Shown here piece after piece: positions 24,690 through 38,302 of a stretch of DNA of 64,000 bases. The notes beneath the pieces are model-generated. The model saw only the letters and a program-made list of their open reading frames with translations. It did not search any database and was not told the DNA's origin. Positions within the stretch are counted from its first letter, which is position 1. Each line of letters opens with the position of its first letter. The stretch lies in NCBI RefSeq assembly GCF_028641065.1, contig NC_073405.1, forward strand, positions 12,090,001-12,154,000. Direction: 5' to 3'. Made by a program: the position numbers and the translations under genes. Origin of the DNA: Leucoraja erinacea (taxonomy: Eukaryota).

Positions 24690-25255
24690 CTGCGTTTCAT
24701 CTCTGGCCTCTGTCCACCCATCTGCCAATTAACACAACTCTGCTCACTTTTATCCAACTGTCACTTGCAAGGGGTTGTTCTGCCCCCACCTCTCTTTTCC
24801 AGCTTTCTCTCCCCTACTCCAATTAGTCTGAAGAAGGGTCACAACCCAAAACGTCAGCTATCCATGTCCTCCAGAGCTACTTGGACAGTTTACAACCCAG
24901 CGGTATGAATATTGATTTCTTTAACTTCAAGTAACTCTCTCTCCGTCCCACCCCCACACTAGTTGGCCTACTGGTTTCACTGTTGTTTTGCTGAGTTTCA
25001 CTGTTTGTATTCACTCATTTTCACCTTCTCCACAGCCAACAAGTGACCATTGTGGGCTCCACGTTTCCTTGATCATCATTGCTGGCTTTGATTTGTCCTT
25101 TTGCATACCATTCATTAATTTGTTCTTTGTACCTTTTCATATCTTCCGTTTCCCTCTCCCCTCTCTCTTAGTCTGAAGAAGGGTCTTAACCCAAAGCGTT
25201 ACCTATTCCTTTTCTCCAGAGATGCTGCGTGACTCGCTGAGTTACTCCAGCACTT
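24690..25255 (+). mobile_element. Tandem PLE 3' ends with a GIY-YIG remnant
   Basis: LDSLQPSGMNIDFFNFK* at ~24881-24934. Hammerhead-like cores at ~24828 and ~25173. Confidence 0.72.
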
Positions 25256-26926
25256 TAATTTTTTCCCAGAGTGTAATTTTCTTGTCCTTAATTTCTTGTG
25301 CGTACATTTTCCTTTCACTTGCTGTCTTTGTCACTGTTACCTCCTGCAGTGCTCTTGTTTAGAAGGGTGAACCGTTCTTTACGGTTTAGAGTGTCATTGA
25401 TTACCCAGGCCTGTAAGTGATTTCAAATTGCCTTCCTATGTTAGACTCAAACTGCAGATGCTGGAACCTTGAGCCAAAACTATAACTTAGCGGGTCAGCC
25501 AGCATCTGTGGAGGCAATGGACATACAACATTTATGGTTGGGACCCTCCTTCAGATACTTCCTGTGACATTTGCTTGCATATATTGTTTTCCTTTATGTG
25601 TAACATCCATTAAGAGTTGGTTTTGAAATGCAAAACTTTGGAAATAAAATCAGACAATTTGCTTTTTTTAAATATTTTTTAAATTTGATAAAATGGAAAT
25701 GCTGCAAATCTGAAATACCCCAAAAAATTGTTGAAAATATCCAGCAATTCGGGCAGAATCGGTGGAGAGAGAAATGGAGTTGATGCTTCGCCAATTATCT
25801 TTCATCCAAAGGTTTGAAAGATGAAAGGGGCAAAGTTTAAAGGAGATATGCTGGAGCAAGTTATTTTACACAGAGGGTGGTGGGTGCCTGGGACGCGCTG
25901 CCATGGTTGATGGTGGAGTATGATGGTGGCATTTAAGAAGCTTTTCAATAGGTGCATGGATATGCAGTGAATAGAGGGATATAGAGCATGTGCAGGCTGA
26001 GGAGATTAGTTCAACTTGGCATCCTGTTCGGCACAGACACTGTGGGCTGAAGGGCCTCTTCCTTTGCTATACTGTTCTATGTTCCCCGTTTGCATTTATC
26101 TCTTGACATGCTTCCAACAAGAGGCAAAGCTGCAGCAGAAAATAGATCAAGTGGATGATGTGCCAGTTTTTTGGGTGGTATTCATGGTATTTTGCACTAC
26201 AGTGGAAAATACCATCGAGTGCCGCAGCTCAAAGATTCGCTGTTCGTTGCATTTTATCAGTAGACTGGTTTGGATTACAGCCAATGTCATAAGCCTGAAA
26301 CTGGAAAAGGTTTGTGGCTAGTATGTGTAGAATTGGTGGGTGAACTTATCTACAGATGAATGCAGCACAAAATGAATTCCATTTAACACTCATTGGATGC
26401 TTCTGTTTGTAGTCAGATCACCAGACCTGGCAGAGCCCCACCCAATGTGCCAACAGCCTTGATGTACAGCAAAACCAGGGCATTTTGAAACTGAAAGCTA
26501 CTTCATATAATCATGCAAAGCAACAGTCAAAATGGGAAATCCTTGTTAAAATGAAGACTTCATTGAAGTCAATGCAGATGGCAAAAACCTGCAGTTCACT
26601 CTAGGATAGAACATTGCCAGCCATCATGTCAGACCAAAACACAAACCTCTGGAGAAACTCGGTGGACAGGCAGCAACTGGGGAGGGAATGGGCAGGCAAC
26701 AGTCTGAAGAAGAGCCCCAACCCAAATCATCAGTGGTCCATTTTCCTTCACAGATGTCGCCTGACTCTCTGAGTTGCTCCAGCACTTTGTGTTTTGCATA
26801 AGATTTCAGTACCTGCAGTCTCTTGTGTCACCATATTAGACCCAGTGCTTCATTAACCTATTTAACTGTTAACTACATTAACCTCACAAGAATTAATTTT
26901 TCATGTCACTCAGAGGGTGGTGGGTA

Positions 26927-27292
26927 TATAGAAACATAGAAAATAGGTGCAGGAGTAGGCCATTCGGCCCTTCGAGCCTGCACCGCCATTCAATATGATC
27001 ATGGCTGATCATCCAACTCAGTATCCTGTACCTGCCTTCTGTCCATACCCCCTGATCCCTTTAGCCACAAGGGCCACATCTAACTCCCTCTTAAATATAG
27101 CCAATGAACTGGCCTCAACTACCTTCTGTGGCAGAGAATTCCACAGATTCACCACTCTCTGTGTGAAAAATGTTTTTCTCATCTCGGTCCTAAAAGATTT
27201 CCCCCTTATCCTTAAACTGTGACCCCTTGTACTGGACTTCCCCAACATCGGGAACAATCTTCCTGCATCTAGCCTGTCCAACCCCTTAAGAA
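26927..27292 (-). mobile_element. Young CR1 3' end nested in an older sense CR1 tail
   Basis: Open frame ILKGLDRLDAGRLFPMLGKSSTRGHSLRIRG..FFTQRVVNLWNSLP..FKRELD. The host tail resumes at ~27295-27425. Confidence 0.9.
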
Positions 27293-27769
27293 TAAGAACC
27301 AAGTTGCCAGAGGAGGAGGTTGAGGCAGGTACTACAACAGCATTGGGACTAGTTTAGATCGACTATCATGGTTGGTGTGGACTAGTTGGATCGAAGGGCC
27401 TGTTTCCATGCTGTATAACTCTATGAAAACTAGAATGTGTGCCATGGTTGATGATTTTTGATCATTGTTAGTCAGGCACTCTGTAGTGCAGCCCAACTAC
27501 TGAATACATGGTACATACATTATTTCTTTGGCAGTTTACTTGAAGAATATTATCTTCTCCATCTGTTGCCATGCATACTGTAACCATTCATTGCTGCACC
27601 TGCCAGGTATGTTGCATTGTTTTATTCTGGCTTGGAGTTCAAAACAAAGCTAGACTTACCCTCGTGTTTATGCACTCCAAAAGCAATTAGCTTGCATCTT
27701 TGCATTTATTTTGTCAGTCGCTAGCTCCCGGCTGCTCCTTCATTCACACTGTTCAAGGCCGCTGGAAGT

Positions 27770-28152
27770 TTGCTTGGATTGTTTTCCCTGCAGCGTCAAG
27801 GGCTGAGGGGAGACCTGATAGAAGTCCGTGAAATTATAAGAGGAATTCATAGGGTAGACAGTCAGAAACTTTTTCTCAGGGTGGAAATATCAAAGACGAC
27901 AGGGCTTTAATGTGATAGGGAAAAGACTTAGTAGGATCCTGAGGGGCAACTTTTTCACTCTGAGGGTGGAGGGTATATGAACGAGTTGCCAGAGGAGGTA
28001 ATTGAGGCAGGTGCTGTAACGACATTTAACAGACAGGTACATGGATAGGAAAGGTTTAGAGGGATATGGGCCAATTCAGGAAATGGGGCAAACTTAGATG
28101 GGCATCTTGGTTGGCATGGACGAGTTAGGCCAAAGGGCCTGTACGACTCCAT
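27770..28152 (+). mobile_element. CR1-like LINE 3' fragment
   Basis: gggctgaggggagacctgatagaagt...ggccaaagggcctgtacgactc. Confidence 0.8.
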
Positions 28153-29174
28153 GGCTCCAACAGTTACTGAATTCTCACTCAAAGTTTCACTCAACCTTCT
28201 CTGTTTCCATAGTTCCCACTCTCGAGGTCATTGCGTTCCCTTGTTTGCTTTCACTAGTTTTTTTATGACATGCATAAGATCTTACCGGTCTATTTTTATA
28301 CTTCCTGCTAGTTTCATTTTCGGGTTTCTCACGTTTTATCATGTTTTCCGTCATTATTTGTTAGTTTCTGACACCATCTGTGACCTCATTAGAAAGATCG
28401 TCTGAGGACAAGGAGCATTTGAGGGGCCTGCGCTATTTCAATTTATTTCAATTAGTTTTGCTCGGAAGCGGTGGTTATATCATGGTGATATTATAACAGT
28501 GGGCGTGCAGCAAAGCTGGTGGGGAAGAGAGGGAACTGGGGTCTGGCCTTTCACGCCCTCAAGGTCGGCTGTGGGAGGCGTCCCCAGGGAACAAACGGTG
28601 GACTGACGGGTATAGGACGTTTTTAATTTTTAATTTTAGTTTTAGAGACCCCACCAACCAGCAATCCTCACACATTAACACAAAGCCTACACACACGAGG
28701 GCCAATTTACACTTATACCAAGTATACTAACCCAAGCCAACTAACCTACAAACCAGTATGTTTTTGGAGTGTGGGTGGAAACCGAAGATATCGGCGAAAA
28801 GCCCGCGCGGTCACGGGGAGAACGTGCAAACTCCTTACAGACAGCACCCGCCGTTGGGATCAAACTCGGGTCTGTATGCACCGTGCTGATGCACCACTCA
28901 TTACAACTAGAGCGCAGACTTGACTTTGGAAATGGCTCCAAAGCACGGCGACTCTTGCATGCGGGATCAGTATGCTATTTCTGTACCATTTGCAAATCGG
29001 GGATATGCTTAGGTATACCAATACTCTACAGGAATGTTTATTAAGGAAATTATTTCAGTGTATGTTTGACAATAAAATCACCATTAAACCATTATATTTA
29101 AAATATATATTTAAAATGATTTAAAAGACATTTGGACAGGTGCATGGATAAGAGATACATGGATTTAGTGACAC

Positions 29175-29430
29175 TGTGCCGACCAGCAATCCCCACACAC
29201 TAACACTATCCAGCACACACACAGGACAATTTACAATTTAACCAAACCAATTAGCCTACGAACCGGTAGGTCTTTGGAGTGTGGGAGGAAACCGGAGCTC
29301 CCGGAGAAACCCATGCAGGTCATGGGGAGAACGTACAAACTCCATACAGGCAGCACCCGTAATCAGGATCAAATCCGGGTCGCTGGCACTGTAAGTCAGC
29401 AACTCTACCACTGCCCCACCGTGCCGCCCC
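29175..29430 (-). mobile_element. HE1-like V-SINE nested in a CR1 tail
   Basis: Core ggagtgtgggaggaaaccgg, head end caccgtgccgccc, CR1 tail on both sides. A further copy lies at ~28630-28890. Confidence 0.82.
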
Positions 29431-30581
29431 TGAGATTTGGAGGGATATGGTAAAAATCAGGCAAATGGGACTATCTTAGATGGGACATCTTGGTCAGCAT
29501 GAACAGATTGGGCCGAAGGGCCTGTTTCCGTGCTGCATGGCTACGACTCTATTTTAAAAATAGGACATTCGACAGCAGAAATACTTCATGAAATTCATCG
29601 TGGAGGAGTTACGGTCATGGTTAAGTTTCCACGACTTCACCGTTCCCTCTTTCTCGAAGTTATAAATCAAAGAATTCACCATGGAAGCTTCCAACACACA
29701 CTTCTCATTTAGAGTAAATTAATGAGTAATTGAGAACCAGGATGCTTTGAAGACAGTGTGTGTTTAAAATCAGAAAGTGTAACGATGGTTGTTTATAATT
29801 TGCAAGGAAAGTCTGATTAATCCCAATGAAGTAATCCAGCAGTTTCCTGTGCATTCAGTGTACTAATTGGCAAATCATTCATCAACATTCTATAACAAAC
29901 AGAGCCGGCAAATAAATGTATTTTATGGCATATTCCCAGATTCTGGGGGCTTGGTACACCTTTCATATTCATGTTGCAGGAATGGGTGGTTTGAGAATAG
30001 ACTATTCAGCAGATCCCAAGGGGATTCTGCTTCGATCTTGACTTTGGAGGATGTCAGTGCAAAATGCATCGCCATCAAACATTGCTGAAACAACTGTGGG
30101 ACAACGAGATTGAGGTGACAGAGTGGGAGAGTTGGTGCCTTCCAGCGCAAGAGACTCGGGTTCAATCCCGACTACGGGTGCTGTCTGTACAGAGTTTGTA
30201 CGTTCTCCCCATGACCACGTGGGTTTTCCCCGGATGCTCCGGTTTCCTCCCACATTCCAAAAACATACAGGTTTGTAGGTTCATTGGCTTTGGTTGTAAA
30301 TTGCCCCTATTGCCCCTATACTGTTTTATGTGTTGCGTACATAAAAATCCCTGACCTACTGTATATCCACCCGGAGCATTTCACTGTGAAGAACATTCCC
30401 AAGTAACGAGAATGGAAAATTGTTCATAGATATCTCTGAGCATTGAGACTGATGGATTAAGCAAAAAACAAAGTGCTAAACCCCAGCCAGTTAGATAGCA
30501 TCCATCAGTGGAGGGAAATGTACATTGTATGACATTTTAGGTCAGGGCCCTTCTTCAGACCGATAGCCTGGAAAATTGTTA

Positions 30582-30882
30582 GGGTGGCATGGTGGTGCAG
30601 CTGATAGAGCTGTTGCCTCACAACTTCTGATTCCCGGTCTGCGTGGAGTTTGCACGTTCTCTCTGTGACTACGTGCGTTTCCTCCGGATGCTTCGGGTTC
30701 CTCCCACATCCCAAAGACATGTGGGTTTGTAGGTTAATTTCCCCCTGTAAATTGGCCCTGGTGTGTAGGGAGCAGATGCAAAGGGGATAACATAGAACTG
30801 GTGTGAACGGGTGATCGATGGTCGGCATGGAATCGGTGGACTGGTGCCCATTTCCATGCTGTATCTCCAAACTAAACTAAAA
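30582..30882 (+). mobile_element. HE1-like V-SINE
   Basis: gggtggcatggtggtgcag...ctcccacatcccaaagac...ctgtatctccaaactaaactaaa. A 5' partial copy lies at 30113-30310. Confidence 0.82.
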
Positions 30883-31139
30883 TACTCTTCAAACTGCATT
30901 TTCTTGACACACACTCCAGTTGCCTTTTTTGGCAAAAAATATCCAAACATTAAACCAAATAGAGGCAGCTATCCACTAGTGGATTTGCAGGCTCAATAAT
31001 AATGAATATTTTATGGGTGACGTTTTTATTAAATCCTAAGAACTAACTTTTAGCACGTTCATATGGGAAGAATTTGTCTGCCACTTGACCACTGTCAACA
31101 TGAAATAGTAACTTTACACATTGAAACAACAAACTAAAT

Positions 31140-31815
31140 GTTCACAGAATAATATTGGAATCACAAAGTCACACAGCTCGCAGACAGGCCCTTCAGCCCA
31201 ACTCATCCATGCCAACCCAGAGGCCCCAATAAATGTTAGGCCCTCTTCTCCGTGTTTAACCCAAATCCCTCTAAACTTATCCTATTCACGTGCCTATCCA
31301 AGTGTTTTTAAAATGTTCCTATTGTAGCTGCTTCAACAACCCCCACTGGCAGCTTGTTTCATACACCCACCACCCTCTGTGTGAAAAAGGTTACCCATCA
31401 AGTTCCCATTAAATCTCCCCCCTCATCATAAGCCTACACGTCCTCTGGTTCTTGATTCCCCAAGGCTCAGTGCATTCACTCAATCTGTGCTCCTCATCAT
31501 TTTAAACACCTCTATAAGATCACCCTTGCATTGCAAGGAAGAAAGTCTTAGCCTGCCCAACCTCCTCCTATAGCCCAGGCTCACAAATCCTGGCAACATC
31601 CTCATAACTTCTTTTTGCATTCTTTCCAGCTTAATGGTATCCTTCATGCAACAGGGTGACCAGAACAGAACATAATACCCCAAATGCAGCCTCACCAACC
31701 TCCTGTACTCCAACGTCTGTACTCAATATCCTGACCGATGAAGACCAATGCATCAAAAGCCTTCGTGATCACCCTATCGGCCTGTGACACCACTGTCAGA
31801 GAACTGTGCACCTTT
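31140..31815 (-). mobile_element. CR1-like LINE fragment (~670 bp)
   Basis: YRRLVRLHLGYYVLFWSP..KDTIKLERMQK..RMLPG..GDLIEVFKMM, continuing into the 3' tail. Confidence 0.85.
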
Positions 31816-33060
31816 GTATAAATTACAGAAGATCAGTAGAGGAAACAACACACTGAATGTCTGAAGTGGGATTAACAGCAAAACATTAATTACTGACGTA
31901 ATTACATTGGCGTTCAGATACGGGGAGAGGGAATGGAAACGAGATGTGAAGGTTGGAAATGGGTCCAGAAGAGAATTAAATTAATGCATAATGCAATGCA
32001 GACAATCTGAGATACAGCAACAAGGAGAAATTAAGATAATTCATTTCCATTCAGAGATGAATCCAATACTATTTAATTTAGAGATACAGCATGCAAACAG
32101 GCCCTTATTTTACTTTTATTGTTATTCTACTTTTTCAGCCATTCCCTACAGCCCAGGGGGAATTTTACAAAGGCCAATTAACCTACAAAATCTGCACGTC
32201 TTTGGGAAACCCTCGCAGTCACAGGGATAACGTTGAAACTACATGCAGATGGCATCCGAGGTCGGGATTGAATCCGGGTCTCTGGCACTGTGAGGTAGCA
32301 GCTCTAACTCAGGAGGTGCAATGAAGATAAAGGGAAAAGAGCGCAGATTGATGTATTTCCAAGGTACGTCAGAAGCAGAGAACTTGCCGACCAACTGGAA
32401 TTGGAGTGAAAGATGCATTGCATATTAAAAGTGATCTAGATAAAGAGTACGGTTGAATTCAACAGTGTAACACTTTATGGAGCTAAAAAAAACATGTACG
32501 TCATTCGATTGGAGTTAAACGGGACTCTATCTCTATGCAAATAAAGATGACATTGTAATGCTATAACCAGTTGCTTCATTTCAAGGTGAACTAAACTGCT
32601 GCAAATTTACTCCTTGGTGCGGAAAGATGCAGTTCTCAAAGTAGACCAGTCCCCGCAAATCAGAAAGTAACAACCTTGATGTGAAAGAAAGTCGTGTGAA
32701 ATCTTATCAATGTCACATAGAAACCAGAGGTTGCCACAAGATGTGTTGTTGACATAATCAAGGACACTTCCCACCTTGGTCACTCCTTCTTCTCCTTGCT
32801 CCCATCGGGCAGAAGATAGAAAAACTTAAAGCATGTAGCATCAGAATGAGGAACAGCCTCTTCCTCTCAATTATTAGACTTCCAAATGGTCCTTCCATAG
32901 AAAATAAGCTAGGGTTCATTCCTGATCTTCCAACCCACCTTATTGAGGATATTGAACTATTTCCTCTGGAACTGTTATGCTACTATGTTGCACTCTGATA
33001 TTTTCCACTACTTTTTGTATGTGTTTGGCTTGATTGGATCCATGTATTCTTTGACTTAAT

Positions 33061-33294
33061 GTGGAGGAAGGAACTGCAGATGCTGGTTTAAACCGAAGAT
33101 AGACACAAAATGCTGGAGTAACTCAGCGGGACAGGCATCATCACTGGAAAGAAGGAATGGGTGACGTTTCGGGTCGAGACCCTTTTTCTGAATCAGTCTG
33201 AAGAAGGGTGTCGACCAGAAACGTCACACATTCCTTCTCTCCAGAGATGCTGCCTGGCCCGCTGAGTTACTCCAGCATTTTGTGTCTACATTCG
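33061..33294. mobile_element. Palindromic PLE terminus with a 10-bp TSD, inside a Rex1-type tail
   Basis: Two ~95-bp inverted arms. ttgacttaat occurs at 33051-33060 and 33295-33304. Confidence 0.85.
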
Positions 33295-34394
33295 TTGACT
33301 TAATTGGATGGCATGCAAACAAAAGCTTTTCATTGTGCCTCGGTAAACATTGGAATAATAAACCTAAACATAAAGCGAGCCTTTAGTATAAAAGGGAAGG
33401 ACATCTATATCGCGTGTCACAGAGATTCTCTTCAAACTCAAATAGAACAAGATTTTTGACCCCAGAATTAATAATTTCCGATTTCCGAATTATCGTTGCA
33501 TTAGAAGGTGCACCAAAAGTTAAACTATATCAGAATATGTGCCAACGGTTCAGGTTAAAACAAACCTTTAGCTCAACAGAACACAGAATTGTAGATCTGA
33601 GCAAGATCAGTGCACCAATTCTCCTCCATGCTGACTGTCAACAGTGCAAATCAATGCATTTCTTGCAAACTAATTAAGCGGCTATCAGAGAGCCACATGG
33701 GTATCCAGGGAATGGAGAGATGTGGAAGAGTGATGAGGCAGAGGGGATTAGTTTAACTTGACATTGTGTTCAGCTTGGACACTGTGGGTCAAAGGGCCTA
33801 TGCCTATGCTGTAGTGTTCTATGTTCTAATGCAAGCCTGGGACTCCGCATTCATCAATGCTCATTTATCAGGCTATTAAGAGCAAAAATACTTTTTTTTT
33901 CCGAAAGGTTATTATCCACTAACACCTGAAATGGATGTGAATTAACTTGGCACCATCCATATCCCCTGATGAATGTTATGCATTTACCATCATCACTTGT
34001 ATGCAACATTTCAAAGCCACGAAAGGAGTCTTGGCTACAGTTATGATAAGATGCACTTAGGGTGTCAGGGGTTATGGGGAGAAGTCAGGAGAATGGGGTT
34101 AGGAGGGAGAAATGGATCAACCATGATTGAATGGCGGAGTAGACTTGATGGGCCGAATGGCTTCATTCTGTTTCTATCACTCATGGACATTAACTTTTTA
34201 AGGAAGGGTTATGCATGGTCAGCCAATCTCACTAAAGTCCATATCCAGGAATAGTTTAAGAAGGAACTGCAGATGCTGGAAAATCTATCGAGGAATAGTT
34301 TATTCTTTCAGTTGCAACGAAAATTTGATGGAAGTGGGCATGTTGCCCATTAAACATCCTACTCAACTTTACATTTTATTCAGTCAATGATAAT

Positions 34395-34890
34395 ACTGAC
34401 CCGTTGCACCACGGCCTGGTTCAGCAACTTGAATGCCCAGGAATGAAGGAGATTACAGCGAGGAGTAGATAGTGTCCAGTCCATCGCGGATACTAACCTC
34501 GCCACCATTGAAAGGAAGCACTGCCTGAAAAAGGCAGCCAGTATCATCAAGGACCCGTACCACCTTAGCCACACTCTCATTGCATTCCTCGCATCAGGAA
34601 GAAAGTATCGAAATCGGAAAACTGGGACTACCAGGTTTAAAAACGGTTTATTTCTAGCAACCATCAGGCTCTTGAACACAGCACACCACTAACCACAGCA
34701 ACTTCTTGGATTGTCTTTGCTTGCTCTATGGACTTTTGGTAATTTTTGCATTCATATTATGGTCATTAATTCATTGAATTAAAAATATATATATTACATA
34801 TTATGCAATATTGCATTTAGGGGCCTAAAAAGCCAAAGGAAGTAAGAATATCATTGTTCCGTTGACATGTGACAATTAAACACTCTGGAC
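34395..34890 (+). mobile_element. Rex1/Babar-type LINE 3' fragment
   Basis: CTTAWFSNLNAQE*RRLQR...CLKKAASIIKDPYHLSHTLIAFLASGRKYRNRKTGTTRFKNGLFLATIRLLN, followed by a tail. Confidence 0.8.
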
Positions 34891-37800
34891 ACTTAAGGAA
34901 GTCTAATGAAGACGTATCATGGACGCTCTACATCTGTCACTTTGCAACTCATGCTGAAAGTGAAAATGAACACATGTCTAGACACAATTGCTTCACTCAC
35001 TGGCCCCAGCTCAAAAACAAAAAAAAAAAGGCTGTGCAGAAAGCAGATAACTGTATCAATTCACAATCAAACACCCCAGGTCAGAGCAACATTTCATGGA
35101 AAAGAGATACGACCGATTGCAAGATAAAACCCTGCCTCCGTCACAGTTGCCGCTCCAGTGAAAATTGGCTTGGAATAAATGTAAATTGTCCCCAGTGTGC
35201 GTAGGATAGTGTTAGTGTGCGGGGATCGCTGGTCGGTGCGGACTCGGCAGGCCGAAGAGCCTGTTTCCACGCTGTAACTAAACTAAAAGAACAAAATGCC
35301 AGGTTTAACTAATCTGAAGAAGGGTGTCAACCTGAAATGTCACCCATTCCTTCTCTCTAGAGATGCTGCCTGTCCCACTGAGTTACTCCTGCTTTTTGGG
35401 TCTATCTTTGGTTTAAACCAGCATCTGCAGTTCCTTCCTACACATTAAACTAATTTTCTCTGCATACACGTGAACTATTTCCTTCCATTCCCTGAATCTG
35501 CATTTGCCTATTGAAAAGCCTCTTAAACTACTGTATCTATTGTATCTGCCTCCACCAGCACTCCTGGTGGTGCATTTCAGGCCCCCACAGGCCTCTCTGT
35601 AAAAATAAAAAAACTTGCCCCACTCATCCCCTTTAAACTTTGTCCCTTTCACCTCAAAGCTATCTTTGACATTTCCACCCTCAGAAAGGTTTCTGACGGT
35701 CTACGCCTCCATGTCTCTCAATTGTCTGTGAATTTCTTCTGCGACTGAAGCCAAGTATCTATCCCGGGTATAAAGCGGGCACCAATGGTACAGCATTGGC
35801 GTGGACCCAAACCCTACTGGTAACAAGCCTGCTTCTGTATCAGCCTGGCATAGGTAGAGGAGAGCCAAGAGCAGTCAATGAGCCACAACTACCTCCTCTG
35901 GCAGTTCGTTCCATATACCTACCGCCCTCTGTGTGAAAGAGTTGCCTCTCAGGATCCTATGAAATCTTTCCCCTCAGACCTTAAACCTATTTCCTCTGGT
36001 TCTTGATTCCCCTATTCTGGGTAAAAGACTGTGCGTTCACCCTATCTTATACACGTTCTGTGCTCATACCACAAATATGTCTTTCAATGCCAATTCTCCC
36101 CGTGAACAATGTTGTGGGGAATCCCAAACAGTCAATGCCACACTTCAGCATTTGAATGTGCATTTGCAAATCCCGAGGTCCAACTTGTTGCCAACCAGCA
36201 ATAACCAGTTTTGGTCACCCATTTTAATTTCCAGAAGTCCAGGCCACTTCATCCTTTAAAATGTGAATTTTCCTTGCTTTGATCGTCAGGGGTTAGACTG
36301 ACTCCAATGTGTTGCTCGGATTTTGCTGCAAAAAATGACTCAACCTGAATCTTCACAGATTTGTTTTGCTTTATCTCAGTTACTTCAGACAGAGGGAGAG
36401 AAATAACACGTGCTTCCCTCCCCTCTCTGGTCACAAGTCTTTTCTTGTTATTTCTGCATTGATTTTTTTTTTACCTGCTGCGTTTCTCAACTGATTACCA
36501 AAGGCTGAGAACATTAAAACAAATATAATGGTAACTTTCACAATGCTTGAATAGTGTTTCGAGAAATCTGTATGCCGCGCATGTTTTGGTAATTTAATTT
36601 GCAAGGTTCTCCCTCGGAAAACAAAGGGTTTTCTTCCTCGCTGTTACTTTAGCTTGTGCTTAATGAAATAATTGCATGGGGCTGCCAGCCAGATTTAAGG
36701 TCTGTTAGTCCTAAGTAATATTCTCCCACCAGAATCTGCAGTCAGCAAACCTCCTTTCTGCCTTGCAGGTCAGAACACACCAATTCGGAAGATTGATTAC
36801 CTCAATACTGCCGTGGCATTGACTTTGAACCATGACCTCCCCACATAATCCAAGGTTAGGAGCTACCAATCCTGACAGGCATGAGAGAGCAGCAATGCTC
36901 ATCAATGATCATTAGTTAATGCAGAGCCTTTTTTTTTTCACAGGATGCTCTCTCTAACTAGGATGCAGGTAGCATGAAAATGTCACTGAGACCTTCAGCG
37001 CTTTTATTAATTGATTCTGAAGGCCTTTCAGATTTTAACATAGTTAGCGCTCTCACTGTTGCAGTTCAAAGTGAATTATGCTGGAAACACATTAAATGTC
37101 CTCCGACCTGGTTGTCTTCAGTTCTCCTTTTTGCTTTAATGACACAGATAATTTTCTTTTTGATATCACAGTGACCCCGATGCCTACATTTGTGATTTCA
37201 TACAGGATGTACCTTTAACCCTTGGATGACATTAGTTGTTAGAGTTATAGTCAAACAGAACGGAAACAGGCCATTCGGCGCAACTCATCCAGGCATTAGG
37301 CCCAACTCATCTAAGCAAGTCCCGTTTACCCGCGTTTGTCCTATATACACCTCTGAATCCTTCCTACCCATGTACCTGTCAAATTGCCCATGAAATGTTG
37401 GCACAAGGAACTGTAGATGCTGGAATCTTGATCAAGACACAAAGTGACCTGAAGCATCCATTCCTTCTCCAGAATCTGCCTGTCCTGCTGAGTTCCTCCA
37501 GCACATTGTGTCTATTAACTGCTGTTATCGTGGCTGCTGTTACATAGAACATATAGACAAGGCAAGTAGAGTACAAGAACAGGCCCTTTGGCCCACAATG
37601 TCCTGAATACAAGGCCAAGATCAACTAATCTCATCTACACATGATCCAAATCCCTCCGTATCAACGTGCCTATCTTCACAATACTCATATTGTGAAGATA
37701 AAAGGGAATGAAAATGGGAATTTGTCGAGGCTCTCTTCATACATACTTCAGAACTATATATATCAAATTGACCATGACATTGAGAGATTCATTTTCAACA

Positions 37801-38159
37801 ACCATTGTCCAAATGATGAAAGCAGAACATAAACAGCACCTTGAACGCATGACACGAGCCTTTCAATAGTGTATGTTTTCACACTGAATAACATGCAGAA
37901 CTATTCAGCAAAAAAAACAAACATTCCAGTAAATTATCAGTTCTGACATTTGCTAACAAATACATGCAATGCCCACACACTGTTCACCTTTAGTCACTTG
38001 CACTGAATTCCACATCCAAAAGATAAAAATATTTTTAAAGTTTTATATTAAGCAGTTATGAGTTTATAACCACGTCATAAAGTCATACAGCATGGAAAGA
38101 GGCCCTTCAGCCCAACACATTTTATCATTCCTGCCAACAAAAATGCCCCATTTAAGTTA

Positions 38160-38302
38160 TGAAGAACCAGTCTGAAGAAGGGTTTTGGCCCGAAACGTTG
38201 CCTATTTCCTTCGCTCCATAGATGCTGCTGCACCCGCTGAGTATCTCCAGCAATTTTGTGTACCTTCGATTTTCCAGCATCTGCAGTTCCTTCTTGAACA
38301 CC
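38160..38302 (+). mobile_element. 5'-truncated PLE terminus with a 14-bp TSD
   Basis: ccccatttaagtta at 38146-38159 and 38303-38316. Contains CTGAAGA-GGGT/GCCC-GAAACGTT and ends cttcttgaaca. Confidence 0.88.

Noticed and set aside
26195-26210. Iron-responsive element (CAGTGG)
   Set aside because: The flanking 5-bp stem required around the CAGUGN loop does not form.
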